Source: Octopus vulgaris (lineage: Eukaryota). Taken from it: DNA of 64,000 nucleotides. This document shows, in pieces, positions 31,522-46,939 of this stretch (positions are counted from its first letter, which is position 1; the number at the start of each line of letters is the position of its first letter). The position numbers were made by a program, and so were the translations under genes. Under the pieces are notes generated by a model. The model did no database searches. It was not told the origin of the DNA and saw only the letters and a program-made list of their open reading frames with translations. Location: assembly GCA_951406725.2 (NCBI GenBank), contig OX597828.1, forward strand, positions 69,192,001 through 69,256,000. Reading direction: 5' to 3'.

Positions 31522-33795
31522 AATGTATTAACTGACAGTTGAATTGAGTGCTTGACAATTGTAGTAAAATGACTGACTTCTTCCTTTTGAGACCTTTTAG
31601 AATGCTCCGACAAGCTGATTTTTTCGAATACGGTTTTGACCAATCAGCATCCAACTTAAACGTCACGGTTTGCCGGGCTCACCGATATTACTGGCTTAGA
31701 CCCTGCCTTTATTTTAACTACTTGGCTTGCAGAGTGAGCAAACTTAGTTGGTTTTGATCGTTTTTATTTCAGTAGGTGGGAATTTTCTGTAATTTGCCTA
31801 TATTCATATGTTAAAAATATTTTTTTAATCCACATCATGAACTGGTTGTTATATTATTGTTGTTATTTCCGTTCAGAATAAAAAACCATAATGGACCGTC
31901 AAATAAACCCGAAAAGTCTTTTTACAAACTGAAAATATGAATAATATACCCACCCCTAGGAACAAGAGAAAAAGCATACTTAACCACAACCAACATACTA
32001 AGCTCACCAGGCAAAAGATGTTAATGATGGAAGAAATAAGAGACAAAAAAGAACCCGGTTTTTAGGGTCAGGACAACAAACACCGGAGAAAGAAAAAGTT
32101 CAAGAAGAAACACCCGTGGAACAACTGTGGACCCTAAAATTATTAATCTGTTAAAAAGAATTATAGACTGTGACGAACTTTGATTATTGATAAAAGGACT
32201 AAAATTCACACCTACTCTTACAGTCAACCATCAAGAATTGGACGAAGATATTCAAAACTTTTGTCGGAAACTACGACTTGGGGAGATTTTTACTGATAAA
32301 ATTAATGAGAATGACAAATCCTTGGCGAAAAATAAATCAAAATTTAACCCGCCAAAAGGACGAAATACACATCTAGATCAGTTCATTGATATCCTCTCCA
32401 GATTTCCACTGAGGCATAACATCAACGTCAGACCAAACATTTCAAAACTAGAAATGTCTGCCCTTATACGTCTTAAAAATGACAACACAATTGTCATCAA
32501 ACAAGCAGATAAAGGGGGTGTGTGTGCCATTGTTATAATGGATACAGAATATTACCGGGATCTAGCTGAAGATCAATTGAAGAATACAACATTCTACCGC
32601 GAAATATTGACCACCTCCTCATGAAGAAACTCAATTATTTAGTCTTAAAATATTATAACTCCTTCACTCCTAGTGAAAGGGACTATATTACCAGTTTTTA
32701 GTCGAAACCCAGCAACTTCTATGGCTTACCTAAAATACACAATCCAAAAGAAATACAAAATGCTATAAAGGAAAAAAGTAGTGAATACATAAAACTACTA
32801 CAACGAAAAAACCTTAAAAAAAATCCATTATAGTTGGTCCAGCCTGTCCTACACTTTGTCCGTGCAACCTCATTGACATTATCCGAAAACCACTATGTAG
32901 TCACATATCCAGTTTCATTCGGGATGAGATCGATTTCATGTCACATCATCCCAAAACGACAGAATCCAATTCACTGTTTGTTTTGATGTAACAAATTTAT
33001 ATACGAACATTCCACATGATTTGGGAATTACTGCCATAAATATATCGAGAAACATAGAGAAATGATCTCCAGTAAATTTACTGTAACCTTCATACTAGAC
33101 ACAGTCAGCTTCATCTTCGAAAACAATTCATTCCATTTCAACGGAAAAAAAACTACCTTCAAATTCGAGGCACCGCTATGGGGACAGAATTTGCTCCAGT
33201 TTCCGCGAAATCAGTATTGGGATACTTGGAACAAAACCTAGATTAAAAAAAATTGAAGAGAACTACGGCATTACCTTTAAAAGATATAGAGAAGACACAT
33301 TGAAAAGATACCTCGATGACTGTTTCCTAAGTTGGACCAAATCCCTAGAAAATCAGGTAGAATTCAGCACCCTCCTCAGTAATCTACACCCTAGTCTCAA
33401 ATTCACAAGAGAAATGAGCAACATACAATTACTATACCTTGACATAATGGTAATTAAAAACAACGCCACAATCACAACTGATATTTATTACAAAAGCACA
33501 GATACACACCAGTACCTAAATTTCAAATCATGCCATTCAGAACACGCAAAACGCAACATCCTGTACTGTCTAGCCAGGAAAATTTGTACTATAGTAGATG
33601 ATCCAATACTAAGAGCATATGACTTATAGAAATCGAAGGTTTTCTGCTCAAGCAAAAATACCCCTCCTACTTGTAGAAAATAGCATACAAAGAGCAAAAG
33701 AGATGGCTATAGAACAACTTAAGGTAAGACGAGAAAGATGAACCCATCAACGGAAAACAATACCATTTCTAGTAACACACAATCCGTATCGCCAA

Positions 33796-34290
33796 AAGGT
33801 TATAATGGATACAGATCGTGTATCAATAGCAATCTTAAGGCGGTGGCCTCATGGAGCTGACCAGCGGCAGCGATTATTCTTATATCTATAAGAATGCCAT
33901 ATTAATATGGCGATAACAATTAATTTCCAGTAAACGCTGCCGTAATCTCTTTTATAGAGACTTAGTAATTTTAATATTTCTATTATTGAAAACAAGTGGA
34001 TGTATTCCACTGAAACTAGGTAAATAGAAACCTTCGAACAGAGACGTCAGTGGCGACACCTTCGGGGTCTGACTGCGCTACATTGACAAGGGGCAATACC
34101 CCGAAACGCGTCTGTAGCTGTCGGACTGGCAGTGTGAAGCGGCTGACCTCCCTTGTTAGAAGGTTATAATGAATACAGATCGTGTATCAATAGCTATCTT
34201 AAGGCGGTGGCCTCATGGAGCTGACCAGCGGCAGCGATTATTCTTATATCTATAAGAATGCCATATTAATATGGCGATAACAATTAATTT
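33796..34290 (+). mobile_element. Retrozyme-like insertion (1.36 units of a 364-nt monomer) interrupting the Penelope ORF
   Basis: 131-bp direct repeats 33796-33926 and 34160-34290 (2 mismatches); host ORF reads VTHNP before and FNIIKQ after. Confidence 0.8.
34072..34133 (+). ncRNA. Type I hammerhead ribozyme, U3-A8 variant
   Basis: gctaca TTGACAA GGGG caata CCCC GAAAC GC GTC^ tgtagc; ACTGC/GCAGT can extend stem I; predicted cleavage after 34112. Confidence 0.85.
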
Positions 34291-35189
34291 TTAACATCAT
34301 CAAACAAATTTGCCAATCATGAAACAAAGTGAAAAATTAGAAAACATAATAAGTAATCAAACACTTATCTTAAGCAAAAGGCAACCACATAACCTAAAGA
34401 AACTATTAACAAAAGCAAAATTCAACATGAACAAACAGGACAAGACATTCACAGTATCCAAGTGTAATGATAAGAGATGTGGAACGTGTCAATACTTGCA
34501 TACGGGTAGATCCGTTAGAACAAAAAAATGTAGAGATTTTTGCAAATGCAGATATGAACTACAAATGCATAAATTTGCTGCATTAAATGTCCGACTTGCG
34601 GGGAACTATATACTGGCGAGACAGGGAATGCATACATTATTGAAACGCTCACAAATTCACGTGGTCAGAAAAGGTTTCTAATTTCTCCTTTCCACAAACT
34701 ACATGACACAGGCGAGGTTGGAAGAAAGAAAAAACGCTTTATTGAAATGTTCAAACTTGTTCTATTTTGTGAAATGTTAGCAAAATTGTTTTTAAGCTCA
34801 AATCCTTTTAGGATCCTGTAGTTGTTGACTTTGCTTTCCATCCTGCTCGGCGGTGATTTAACGAAGAACACTCTTTCGTAACAAAATTGTGGACGAGTAT
34901 GAACAGGGGAGACTATTATTATGCTACGTTGCGTAGGTTATTGTTGAGGCAGGATAAAACTGAGAAACGTGACACCTTTTCGATTTCTGGCTGAAGTCCA
35001 TTCGCTTCAGCCATCGTAGCAATATTTTCAGAAGTATTTGCAGGTATGAACATGGCAACATGAAAATACATTTTGTAAAAAAAATTTTATTTTTATGGTA
35101 TATCATTTGATGTAAATTGAGAACATACTTTGTCACGGTACCACAAAAATAGTTTATTGCATAGACATGGGTCAGAAATAGGGTGAGGG

Positions 35190-35600
35190 ACATGGTTAGT
35201 CGATCAAATTAACACCTGGACTTGGTCGATTCTTTACTTTATCAACACCGGAAGGCTGAAAAGCATAGTTGACCTCGACGGAATTTGAACTCGGAGCATA
35301 AAAAAGCTGAAACAAATACCGCAAAGCATTTTGTTCGACGCCCTAACGATTCTGCCGAATCTACCGCCCTTTAATTTCTTATATGGACAAGAAGCCAGAA
35401 ATTATCGTGGGAAGAGCGATCATATCGATTGAAGTACTTAACTGCTACTTTATTTTATCGACTTCGGAAGGATGAAAAGCCAGTTGACTTCGGTAAGATT
35501 TGAACTCAAAATGTAAACAGACTTAAACAAATATCCTTCCTACCTTAGGCACAAGGCTTGAAATTTTGGGGGAGAAGCTTGTCGATTACATGTCAATTGT
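35190..35600 (-). mobile_element. Diverged SINE family B copies
   Basis: GTTGACCTCGACGGAATTTGAACTC and GATTCTGCC head remnants. Confidence 0.65.
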
Positions 35601-35795
35601 TGTCAACGATATTACCAGTCCTGGATAATTTATAAATCATATACTTTTATTTTCATTATTCGTATCACAGTTTGCTTGTTTGCACGCACACTTTACATAT
35701 AAGTGGGTTCCCATAGGTTTCGAGTATAAGCATATTAGCTGTTCGATCCACGGCACTTTCTTCTCGTTGAATTTGAACATAAGTGAACCCATGTA

Positions 35796-35895
35796 NNNNN
35801 NNNNNNNNNNNNNNNNNNNNNNNNNNNNNNNNNNNNNNNNNNNNNNNNNNNNNNNNNNNNNNNNNNNNNNNNNNNNNNNNNNNNNNNNNNNNNNN
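35796..35895. other. Assembly gap (100 N)
   Basis: Run of exactly 100 n. Confidence 1.
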
Positions 35896-38800
35896 ATATA
35901 TTACAATGTTGAAGTGTGTTAAGCAATAAAAAATATATCTTGTAATGTTCGTAAAGTTCAATTAGCGCTTTCATACGTTTGTAGTAATCATCAGATTTCA
36001 AAATGTATTAACTGACAGTTGAATTGAGTGCTTGACAATTGTAGTAAAATGACTGACTTCTTCCTTTTGAGACCTTTTAGAATGCTCCGACAAGCTGATT
36101 TTTTCGAATACGGTTTTGACCAATCAGCATCCAACTTAAACGTCACGGTTTGCCGGGCTCACCGATATTACTGGCTTAGACCCTGCCTTTATTTTAACTA
36201 CTTGGCTTGCAGAGTGAGCAAACTTAGTTGGTTTTGATCGTTTTTATTTCAGTAGGTGGGAATTTTCTGTAATTTGCCTATATTCATATGTTAAAAATAT
36301 TTTTTTAATCCACATCATGAACTGGTTGTTATATTATTGTTGTTATTTCCGTTCAGAATAAAAAACCATAATGGACCGTCAAATAAACCCGAAAAGTCTT
36401 TTTACAAACTGAAAATATGAATAATATACCCACCCCTAGGAACAAGAGAAAAAGCATACTTAACCACAACCAACATACTAAGCTCACCAGGCAAAAGATG
36501 TTAATGATGGAAGAAATAAGAGACAAAAAAGAACCCGGTTTTTAGGGTCAGGACAACAAACACCGGAGAAAGAAAAAGTTCAAGAAGAAACACCCGTGGA
36601 ACAACTGTGGACCCTAAAATTATTAATCTGTTAAAAAGAATTATAGACTGTGACGAACTTTGATTATTGATAAAAGGACTAAAATTCACACCTACTCTTA
36701 CAGTCAACCATCAAGAATTGGACGAAGATATTCAAAACTTTTGTCGGAAACTACGACTTGGGGAGATTTTTACTGATAAAATTAATGAGAATGACAAATC
36801 CTTGGCGAAAAATAAATCAAAATTTAACCCGCCAAAAGGACGAAATACACATCTAGATCAGTTCATTGATATCCTCTCCAGATTTCCACTGAGGCATAAC
36901 ATCAACGTCAGACCAAACATTTCAAAACTAGAAATGTCTGCCCTTATACGTCTTAAAAATGACAACACAATTGTCATCAAACAAGCAGATAAAGGGGGTG
37001 TGTGTGCCATTGTTATAATGGATACAGAATATTACCGGGATCTAGCTGAAGATCAATTGAAGAATACAACATTCTACCGCGAAATATTGACCACCTCCTC
37101 ATGAAGAAACTCAATTATTTAGTCTTAAAATATTATAACTCCTTCACTCCTAGTGAAAGGGACTATATTACCAGTTTTTAGTCGAAACCCAGCAACTTCT
37201 ATGGCTTACCTAAAATACACAATCCAAAAGAAATACAAAATGCTATAAAGGAAAAAAGTAGTGAATACATAAAACTACTACAACGAAAAAACCTTAAAAA
37301 AAATCCATTATAGTTGGTCCAGCCTGTCCTACACTTTGTCCGTGCAACCTCATTGACATTATCCGAAAACCACTATGTAGTCACATATCCAGTTTCATTC
37401 GGGATGAGATCGATTTCATGTCACATCATCCCAAAACGACAGAATCCAATTCACTGTTTGTTTTGATGTAACAAATTTATATACGAACATTCCACATGAT
37501 TTGGGAATTACTGCCATAAATATATCGAGAAACATAGAGAAATGATCTCCAGTAAATTTACTGTAACCTTCATACTAGACACAGTCAGCTTCATCTTCGA
37601 AAACAATTCATTCCATTTCAACGGAAAAAAAACTACCTTCAAATTCGAGGCACCGCTATGGGGACAGAATTTGCTCCAGTTTCCGCGAAATCAGTATTGG
37701 GATACTTGGAACAAAACCTAGATTAAAAAAAATTGAAGAGAACTACGGCATTACCTTTAAAAGATATAGAGAAGACACATTGAAAAGATACCTCGATGAC
37801 TGTTTCCTAAGTTGGACCAAATCCCTAGAAAATCAGGTAGAATTCAGCACCCTCCTCAGTAATCTACACCCTAGTCTCAAATTCACAAGAGAAATGAGCA
37901 ACATACAATTACTATACCTTGACATAATGGTAATTAAAAACAACGCCACAATCACAACTGATATTTATTACAAAAGCACAGATACACACCAGTACCTAAA
38001 TTTCAAATCATGCCATTCAGAACACGCAAAACGCAACATCCTGTACTGTCTAGCCAGGAAAATTTGTACTATAGTAGATGATCCAATACTAAGAGCATAT
38101 GACTTATAGAAATCGAAGGTTTTCTGCTCAAGCAAAAATACCCCTCCTACTTGTAGAAAATAGCATACAAAGAGCAAAAGAGATGGCTATAGAACAACTT
38201 AAGGTAAGACGAGAAAGATGAACCCATCAACGGAAAACAATACCATTTCTAGTAACACACAATCCGTATCGCCAAAAGGTTATAATGGATACAGATCGTG
38301 TATCAATAGCAATCTTAAGGCGGTGGCCTCATGGAGCTGACCAGCGGCAGCGATTATTCTTATATCTATAAGAATGCCATATTAATATGGCGATAACAAT
38401 TAATTTCCAGTAAACGCTGCCGTAATCTCTTTTATAGAGACTTAGTAATTTTAATATTTCTATTATTGAAAACAAGTGGATGTATTCCACTGAAACTAGG
38501 TAAATAGAAACCTTCGAACAGAGACGTCAGTGGCGACACCTTCGGGGTCTGACTGCGCTACATTGACAAGGGGCAATACCCCGAAACGCGTCTGTAGCTG
38601 TCGGACTGGCAGTGTGAAGCGGCTGACCTCCCTTGTTAGAAGGTTATAATGAATACAGATCGTGTATCAATAGCTATCTTAAGGCGGTGGCCTCATGGAG
38701 CTGACCAGCGGCAGCGATTATTCTTATATCTATAAGAATGCCATATTAATATGGCGATAACAATTAATTTTTAACATCATCAAACAAATTTGCCAATCAT

Positions 38801-40279
38801 GAAACAAAGTGAAAAATTAGAAAACATAATAAGTAATCAAACACTTATCTTAAGCAAAAGGCAACCACATAACCTAAAGAAACTATTAACAAAAGCAAAA
38901 TTCAACATGAACAAACAGGACAAGACATTCACAGTATCCAAGTGTAATGATAAGAGATGTGGAACGTGTCAATACATGCATACGGGTAGATCCGTTAGAA
39001 CAAAAAAAAAATGTAGAGATTTTTGCAAATGCAGATATGAACTACAAATGCATAAATTTGCTGCATTAAATGTCCGACTTGCGGGGAACTATATACTGGC
39101 GAGACAGGGAATGCATACATTATTGAAACGCTCACAAATTCACGTGGTCAGAAAAGGTTTCTAATTTCTCCTTTCCACAAACTACATGACACAGGCGAGG
39201 TTGGAAGAAAGAAAAAACGCTTTATTGAAATGTTCAAACTTGTTCTATTTTGTGAAATGTTAGCAAAATTGTTTTTAAGCTCAAATCCTTTTAGGATCCT
39301 GTAGTTGTTGACTTTGCTTTCCATCCTGCTCGGCGGTGATTTAACGAAGAACACTCTTTCGTAACAAAATTGTGGACGAGTATGAACAGGGGAGACTATT
39401 ATTATGCTACGTTGCGTAGGTTATTGTTGAGGCAGGATAAAACTGAGAAACGTGACACCTTTTCGATTTCTGGCTGAAGTCCATTCGCTTCAGCCATCGT
39501 AGCAATATTTTCAGAAGTATTTGCAGGTATGAACATGGCAACATGAAAATACATTTTGTAAAAAAAAATTTTATTTTTATGGTATATCATTTGATGTAAA
39601 TTGAGAACATACTTTGTCACGGTACCACAAAAATAGTTTATTGCATAGACATGGGTCAGAAATAGGGTGAGGGACATGGTTAGTCGATCAAATTAACACC
39701 TGGACTTGGTCGATTCTTTACTTTATCAACACCGGAAGGCTGAAAAGCATAGTTGACCTCGACGGAATTTGAACTCGGAGCATAAAAAAGCTGAAACAAA
39801 TACCGCAAAGCATTTTGTTCGACGCTCTAACGATTCTGCCGAATCTACCGCCCTTTAATTTCTTATATGGACAAGAAGCCAGAAATTATCGTGGGAAGAG
39901 CGATCATATCGATTGAAGTACTTAACTGCTACTTTATTTTATCGACTTCGGAAGGATGAAAAGCCAGTTGACTTCGGTAAGATTTGAACTCAAAATGTAA
40001 ACAGACTTAAACAAATATCCTTCCTACCTTAGGCACAAGGCTTGAAATTTTGGGGGAGAAGCTTGTCGATTACATGTCAATTGTTGTCAACGATATTACC
40101 AGTCCTGGATAATTTATAAATCATATACTTTTATTTTCATTATTCGTATCACAGTTTGCTTGTTTGCACGCACACTTTACATATAAGTGGGTTCCCATAG
40201 GTTTCGAGTATAAGCATATTAGCTGTTCGATCCACGGCACTTTCTTCTCGTTGAATTTGAACATAAGTGAACCCATGTA
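35896..40279 (+). repeat. Near-identical duplicate of 31416-35795 (second Penelope copy ~35901-39143, insert 38276-38770, HHR 38557-38598)
   Basis: Constant 4480-4484 offset; I noticed only two substitutions and two homopolymer length differences. Confidence 0.95.
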
Positions 40280-42329
40280 CTCCAATGTAATCCTCCGATC
40301 GACTTAACATGATAAAGCGTGTGACAAGATTAGCCCTTTCGATTGCACAAGCAGTACATCTGACGAGCTTCCGCGGCTTCTGTTTGTCCAGTTTTACCCA
40401 TGATGCTTGAGTTGTTGTGAGGCAGTAACAAAAGTCACGTGCTTAAGATTCCACGCAGTGAGATCGAACACTCGAACTCATGATTGTCAAGCGAACTCTT
40501 TAATCACTCAGCCATGTATGCAACACACATTAACAAACAGTCCTATTCACGTTTTCCTTTTCCACCCTCTTTCTTCCAATCTCTCCCTCCCCCCCTCTCT
40601 CTCTCAGTAACTCACTCCCACTTGTCTCTATCTCTATCAATTACACCCATCCACATCTCTTTGTTCAGCACAATTTCGTTTTTAAGTACTAGAAGCATCA
40701 TCATAATAATTAAAACCAATCAATACGTCAGTTCAGTTCGCTCCTCAGACTGAAGGAACTCCCAACCATAGCTTCCTTTAACATCTGACTGACTTATTTA
40801 TTACTATTGATTATTTTTCACCTCTTATCCCCCCACCCCACCCATAATTTATTTATTTCCGCACCTATTTTCAGACGTCGTTTTGAAAGCTCTTCTGTAA
40901 CTTATTACGATTAGCAATTGCCGTAATTGTTTTGAAGAAAAAAAAATTAAAATGAAAAAAAAAAAGTTTCTAGCTCTTTGTTAAAGAATTCAGTTGCATG
41001 TACGACACATTTCGATTGAGAAATCACAATCATTATTTGCTATGAAGTCTACTTAAGTGTTGCATTTTTCTATCCAAATGCAATTCAATCCATTGATGTG
41101 TTCTGAACAACTTTTCTGAGCTACATACCTGTTAATTTTCATAACTTGAACAATATATTTACACAGGCTTTGTATTACCTTTTCAGTCGATGCTTGATAC
41201 ACGCTGTCCATATTACTTAGCTAGAATTCCTATTGTGTATATCACCACAACTAATACGAATATACCTAAATAATAGATTCTAGTTGATCGATCCACCAAT
41301 TAATCGAGAAAGCTGTTTATCAAGAAATTTACCGCGATCTACTATGCTTAAGTGGGTCCGCTTTTTGTAGATGACAAGCTCGGAACATAGAAAATGGAGG
41401 CCATTACCAAATGAACTGTGGCTTACAAATTTATATAAGAAAGATATCTACCGTGTGTATCTAATGGTTTTCTGTTATTGAGGTAAGGTGAACAATTCGT
41501 CAAGCTACAAATACGAGCCTCTTGGGTTCCGGATTCAAAGAAAGCTATAAATCATGTAAGTCTAATGTTATGGAAGGAACTGATGAATAGAAACTACATT
41601 TTATGGGTAGAAATGACAACATTCGATGCTTTAAGAGCGTAGAAAGGGTTGTTTGCGAATTCTGTAAAATGTTGAATGGTTCATATTTTTAGCAAATTGC
41701 TGTCGAATAAAGAAGTGGAAATACAATGGAATTCAAGAACTGCTGTTTAGTTAAAGAAACCGATTGCATTTCTCTAACAACTTTTTCAATAATCTAAGGT
41801 GTATAAATGCGTTATATTCAGTTCGATAAGTGCTGATCGAAGGCCTTTCAGCAGTGCTTATCCCGCCTTTTCCTATGCGCCCACACTCCAAAATCATGTC
41901 CTTAAGAGGCCAGGGCGTGACCTGAAGTAAATTCAGCTGATATTTGTAAACAGGTTAAGAAACCATGGAGAGACTCCAATGTTTGCTTCAACGACTGATA
42001 TTTTCTACGTCTCTGACAAGGCACGTTTTATTAAGGAAATAGATCTCACACCTGTTTTGACTGTTGAATGTTTTTGTTATTCACTGTAAGATGGACTGTC
42101 CGGAATCCTTGTCACATTCATAGCATCACACTAGAGACGGAGCAAGGAAAAACAAAATGAAAAAAAAGAACTGAATACTGAAACCTTTGCATGGAAAGAC
42201 TTTTTTAAAGTTAAGAAAGACTATTTTAAAAGAAATTAGGAACATATAGAAAATTATTCCTTTTAATCATACTTGTCTATAACAAAATATTAACACATTT
42301 TATCAACACTCAAATATTGGTTTCATATT

Positions 42330-42505
42330 TTGGCACAAGGCCAGTAACTTTAGGGGAGGAGGGAAGTCGCTTACATCCATCCTAGTGCTCAACTGGTACT
42401 TAATTTATCGACCCCGAAAGGATGACAGGCAAAGTCGATCTCGGCGGAATTTGAAGTCAGAGGGTAAAGACGGACGAAGTGCTAAGCATTTTGTCCGGCG
42501 TGCCA
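42330..42505 (-). mobile_element. SINE family B copy
   Basis: CGACCCCGAAAGGATGACAGGCAAAGTCGATCTCGGCGGAATTTGAA. Confidence 0.8.
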
Positions 42506-44099
42506 GTTCACCGCCAGTTTACCGCCAGTTTACCGCCTTATTTAAAATTCTGCCAGTTCACCACCTTATTTAAAATTAGACTTATAGCTTATTCGGAGGA
42601 CTTCCAAAGTTTCCATTTACCAAACGCGTTAAACAACACACATACATTAATGTTTGTGATTTCGATAATGTTTACATTATAGCGCTTGCTGGTTCTAACA
42701 TACTAAACGACCACGTAAAGGATGGTCTACCTTTGAGTTTGTTCAAAAGAGATTGTTTTGTCTTTGAGACTGAAATAAAATAATGAAAGAAACGTGTATT
42801 CAATAATCAGTGTTAGCATTGTAGTCACCTTTCTACAAAGATTTCTTTCAGAAAATTTTCGGAAAGAGTGGAATAGTCCTCAATAGTAATGTTTTATTAA
42901 CATAACTGTAATTAAATCATCAAAACATATGAGGAAACAAAGTCAAGATGCCTGGAATATCCGTTCCCTTTTCAATTTTTCTTCACATTAAATTCCGATA
43001 GAATCGTAATCTACACCATTAGAAAATTTCTATAAAAAACCCATTTTTCTTTAAAATTGTGAAGCTAATTCCATGTGTGTGAATTATTCGAAACTCTCCT
43101 CTCTATCATGTCTGAAAAAGTTTTACATAACAAATTCCGACATGATGGTAATCTACATTATTTAAAATGTAACTGACCAAAAATTTCATTAAAATAACCA
43201 AGTTTTAGACAGTGAAGGGAAGTTTAATTAAAATCGTTACCGACAATTTAACCTTCCTTCAAATATTTCATTGATAAAACAAACGACTGGTTTGTTTTAT
43301 CAACTCCAAAAGAAGGAAAACGAAGTCGATTTTAAATCGGAAAATCACTCTAAATAATTCAAAGCATTTTCTCCAACTCTCTCAGTTCGGTTACGCCATC
43401 ACCTTTATATAAAATATATTTTTGACGGTTGATGAAGCCACTGTATTTGTCTAAGTCGATCTTTAAGCAAATATTCTAGCACCATTTGCCAAGAAAAGAT
43501 AAAATACTCAAGATTTTGTTGTTGTTCAATGCAGAAATGTATTCTACTCATATAAATCGATATCAACAGAATATATTATTTTTTTACTATCTCAGCTATC
43601 CAAACGTATCTTCATCAATACAACTATGGTTCTGACGCCTGTTATATAATATTTTGTTTCTTTGAAATTTCATGTTGATTTAATTCCCTTATTCTTGTTT
43701 TTTTTCTCTCGTTATTTAATTTCGCTTGTAACAACTTCCCATTTCCATCGCCCCAAAATTCGATGATTCATATTTATATGAAAGAAACAATTATTGCATT
43801 TGATAGAGATTGCAACTAACAATTTAACCGTTTATTTATTTATTTATATAGTCAGCCCTGTTCGAGAATATAGCCAGTTTGTTGCTAAGTCCCAAGTTAA
43901 GCCGGGGCAATCTCCTCATTTTTTTTATACATTTGAAACTACATCATTATTTAGTGTATCTTTATCTAAAGCAGGTTAGCTGTTATTTAAGCTGCTACTG
44001 CAGCTATTCGAGCGACAACAGAGAGGTTCGCATGTTGGTTCATTTGAGAAGAAATATTAAACGAAGCAATGGTTCGTGGCAATGATTTAAAAGATGCCA

Positions 44100-44628
44100 T
44101 CTTTATTCTAAAAGCTAACTGAAGTAGATATGGTACGACATTGAATAGACTGAGTATGTACGCAACAATTATTTCGTAAGCTAGTTTTACTGAACCCGAA
44201 GAAATTAGCGTAGGAAGTAAAATGTTGATTCAGATACTTTGCATATTGAATCCGTTGCCTACTAGCCCTGCTCCCGAATGCTACAGGGTTCAGCCTTCCA
44301 TAGTTAAGGGATGTAATGATTTTAATCAAACTTCTGGATCTAACATAGTATTTTTTTTTTACTCTGATTGAAACAGGAACAATTGCTTTTATATTTCCAA
44401 CTAAGGCAGTTAAATATACATTTCTTGAAATAATATTTTTACAATTTTTCATTAATATGCAGCCACCAGACAGAAATAATTTCATGAAATGTATATTTCA
44501 TGTACGTGAAACATACATTTCAAGAGAAATCAAATTATACTTTATGAAATAAAATATGTTTTTATTAAGAGCAATTCCTGGTCATAATAGCTACATGTTT
44601 ATGTTAGATAACGTCGGGTATTCTGCTA

Positions 44629-44629
<1 letters not shown>
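44100..44629 (+). mobile_element. Possible degenerate Helitron-like element
   Basis: A|TCTTTATTCTAAAAG start; AACGTCGGGTATTCTGCTAG|T end resembles the 1901-2299 terminus; left arm of hairpin decayed. Confidence 0.35.
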
Positions 44630-44667
<38 letters not shown>

Positions 44668-45611
44668 ATCTGCAACCTGGTTTCAATTCCCAATTGTAAA
44701 CATTTCCCTTAATTTAAATTGATAACGTACCTGAGAAGTTTCAATATCACAATTTTCTGATATTTTCTGTTATTTGTCAACATAATGCTATGTTTATCAC
44801 AAATGAAAGCCCTAAATTTCTTGTGTCTGAAAGAAAATTTAGATGATAGAAAAAGGAAAACTCTGAAATTTCTTTCAGTATTATATTCCAAATTTTTTGA
44901 GTTCAAGTTCTGCTGGATCACACTTTAGTTTGAACTCTGAGAATTGATAAAAGTCGTAGAATGTATTGAGTCCATTATATCGATATCGTTTTACATTATG
45001 CTAATGAATGAAAGGAAATTTGGGCATCACTAAAGTATGTAAAAAAGAAACAATTAGAAAAGATAATTATGAAAACACGCATTCGTAGAATTATTATAAT
45101 CTTCTGACTATCATTTTTCTTTTGAAAGTCATGGAATAAACATTGGTCTGTATTAATGCTAAGAGGTTATATACGTAAAAGCGAATAGCAATTGTACGGT
45201 CATCTGTTTTCGTATCCAAATTAACTGCTGACTCTATGAGGAGTGGCAGCTGGTTGAGTTGACCAAGTCCCCGGCTACTTGTTGACATGCTCATAACTCA
45301 TGATTAGTGGTATACGTCATCGTTAGCTAAATCCATTTAATTCTTAAATGACCGGATGTATACATCTGTAAGTAGAAAAATAGGGCGTTAATTAGTAAAA
45401 TAAAACAACTAAACAATTACTAAAATAATAATACATTTTATTTACGAGTAGTGCCAAGTTCATCTTCTCCTGTGGGTAGAGCAAGAATATCGATAGACTG
45501 AGCAAGGTTAATTTGATCCGGGTACGTTAAAGGAAGAAAGTGTCTTTAGTGCTATGAGGCTCACCATTAGTTACGTGCACCGAATTTCAGTCGGAGAGAT
45601 TTTTAAAAAAT

Positions 45612-45840
45612 GGTCCGAGTCAGTCACCATGATAGATCGTTAGCCACTACACACATATTTTTTCTCCTTTTTTTTCTCTCTTTGTTTCTCTCCTTGTTTT
45701 TTTTTTCTGTGTCCCTTTCTGTAGAAGAGCGTAGGCTCGAAACGTAAAAGACTTTTTCTATTCCTGAGCGTTATACTATACATCTGTTTGTTTTGTACAC
45801 CACCTGTCTTCGTCTTTTTTTTTTTTCGTAAACTCTCCCT
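45612..45840 (+). mobile_element. HHR-like short repeat, copy 2 (motif 45715-45750)
   Basis: Nearly identical to 4210-4356. Confidence 0.65.
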
Positions 45841-45842
45841 AA

Positions 45843-46817
<975 letters not shown>

Positions 46818-46939
46818 TAGAGAAGGAGGAGGTGGTGGTGGTGGTGGTGGTGGTGGTGGTGTTGGAATAGTCTATTATTTTACAAATCTCATCGTAATAA
46901 TAGAACATTCTAGTGCTAGCAAACTTTACAATGTTCATA

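Larger units (their letters stand above)
31421..34660 (+). mobile_element. Decayed Penelope-like element (RT plus GIY-YIG), Neptune-like
   Basis: Frameshifted motifs in order: IINL..KGLKFTPT, IKQADKGG, FYGLPKIH, FDVTNLYTNIPH, QIRGTAMG, RYLDDCF, YLDI, DIYYKSTDTHQYL..SCH, KCNDKRCGTC, CIKCPTCGELYTGET; boundaries approximate. Confidence 0.92.

Noticed and set aside
34127-34142. Minus-strand CCGCTTCACACTGCCA resembles the 5' part of a twister ribozyme
   Set aside because: Lacks the UA cleavage dinucleotide and the downstream pseudoknot elements
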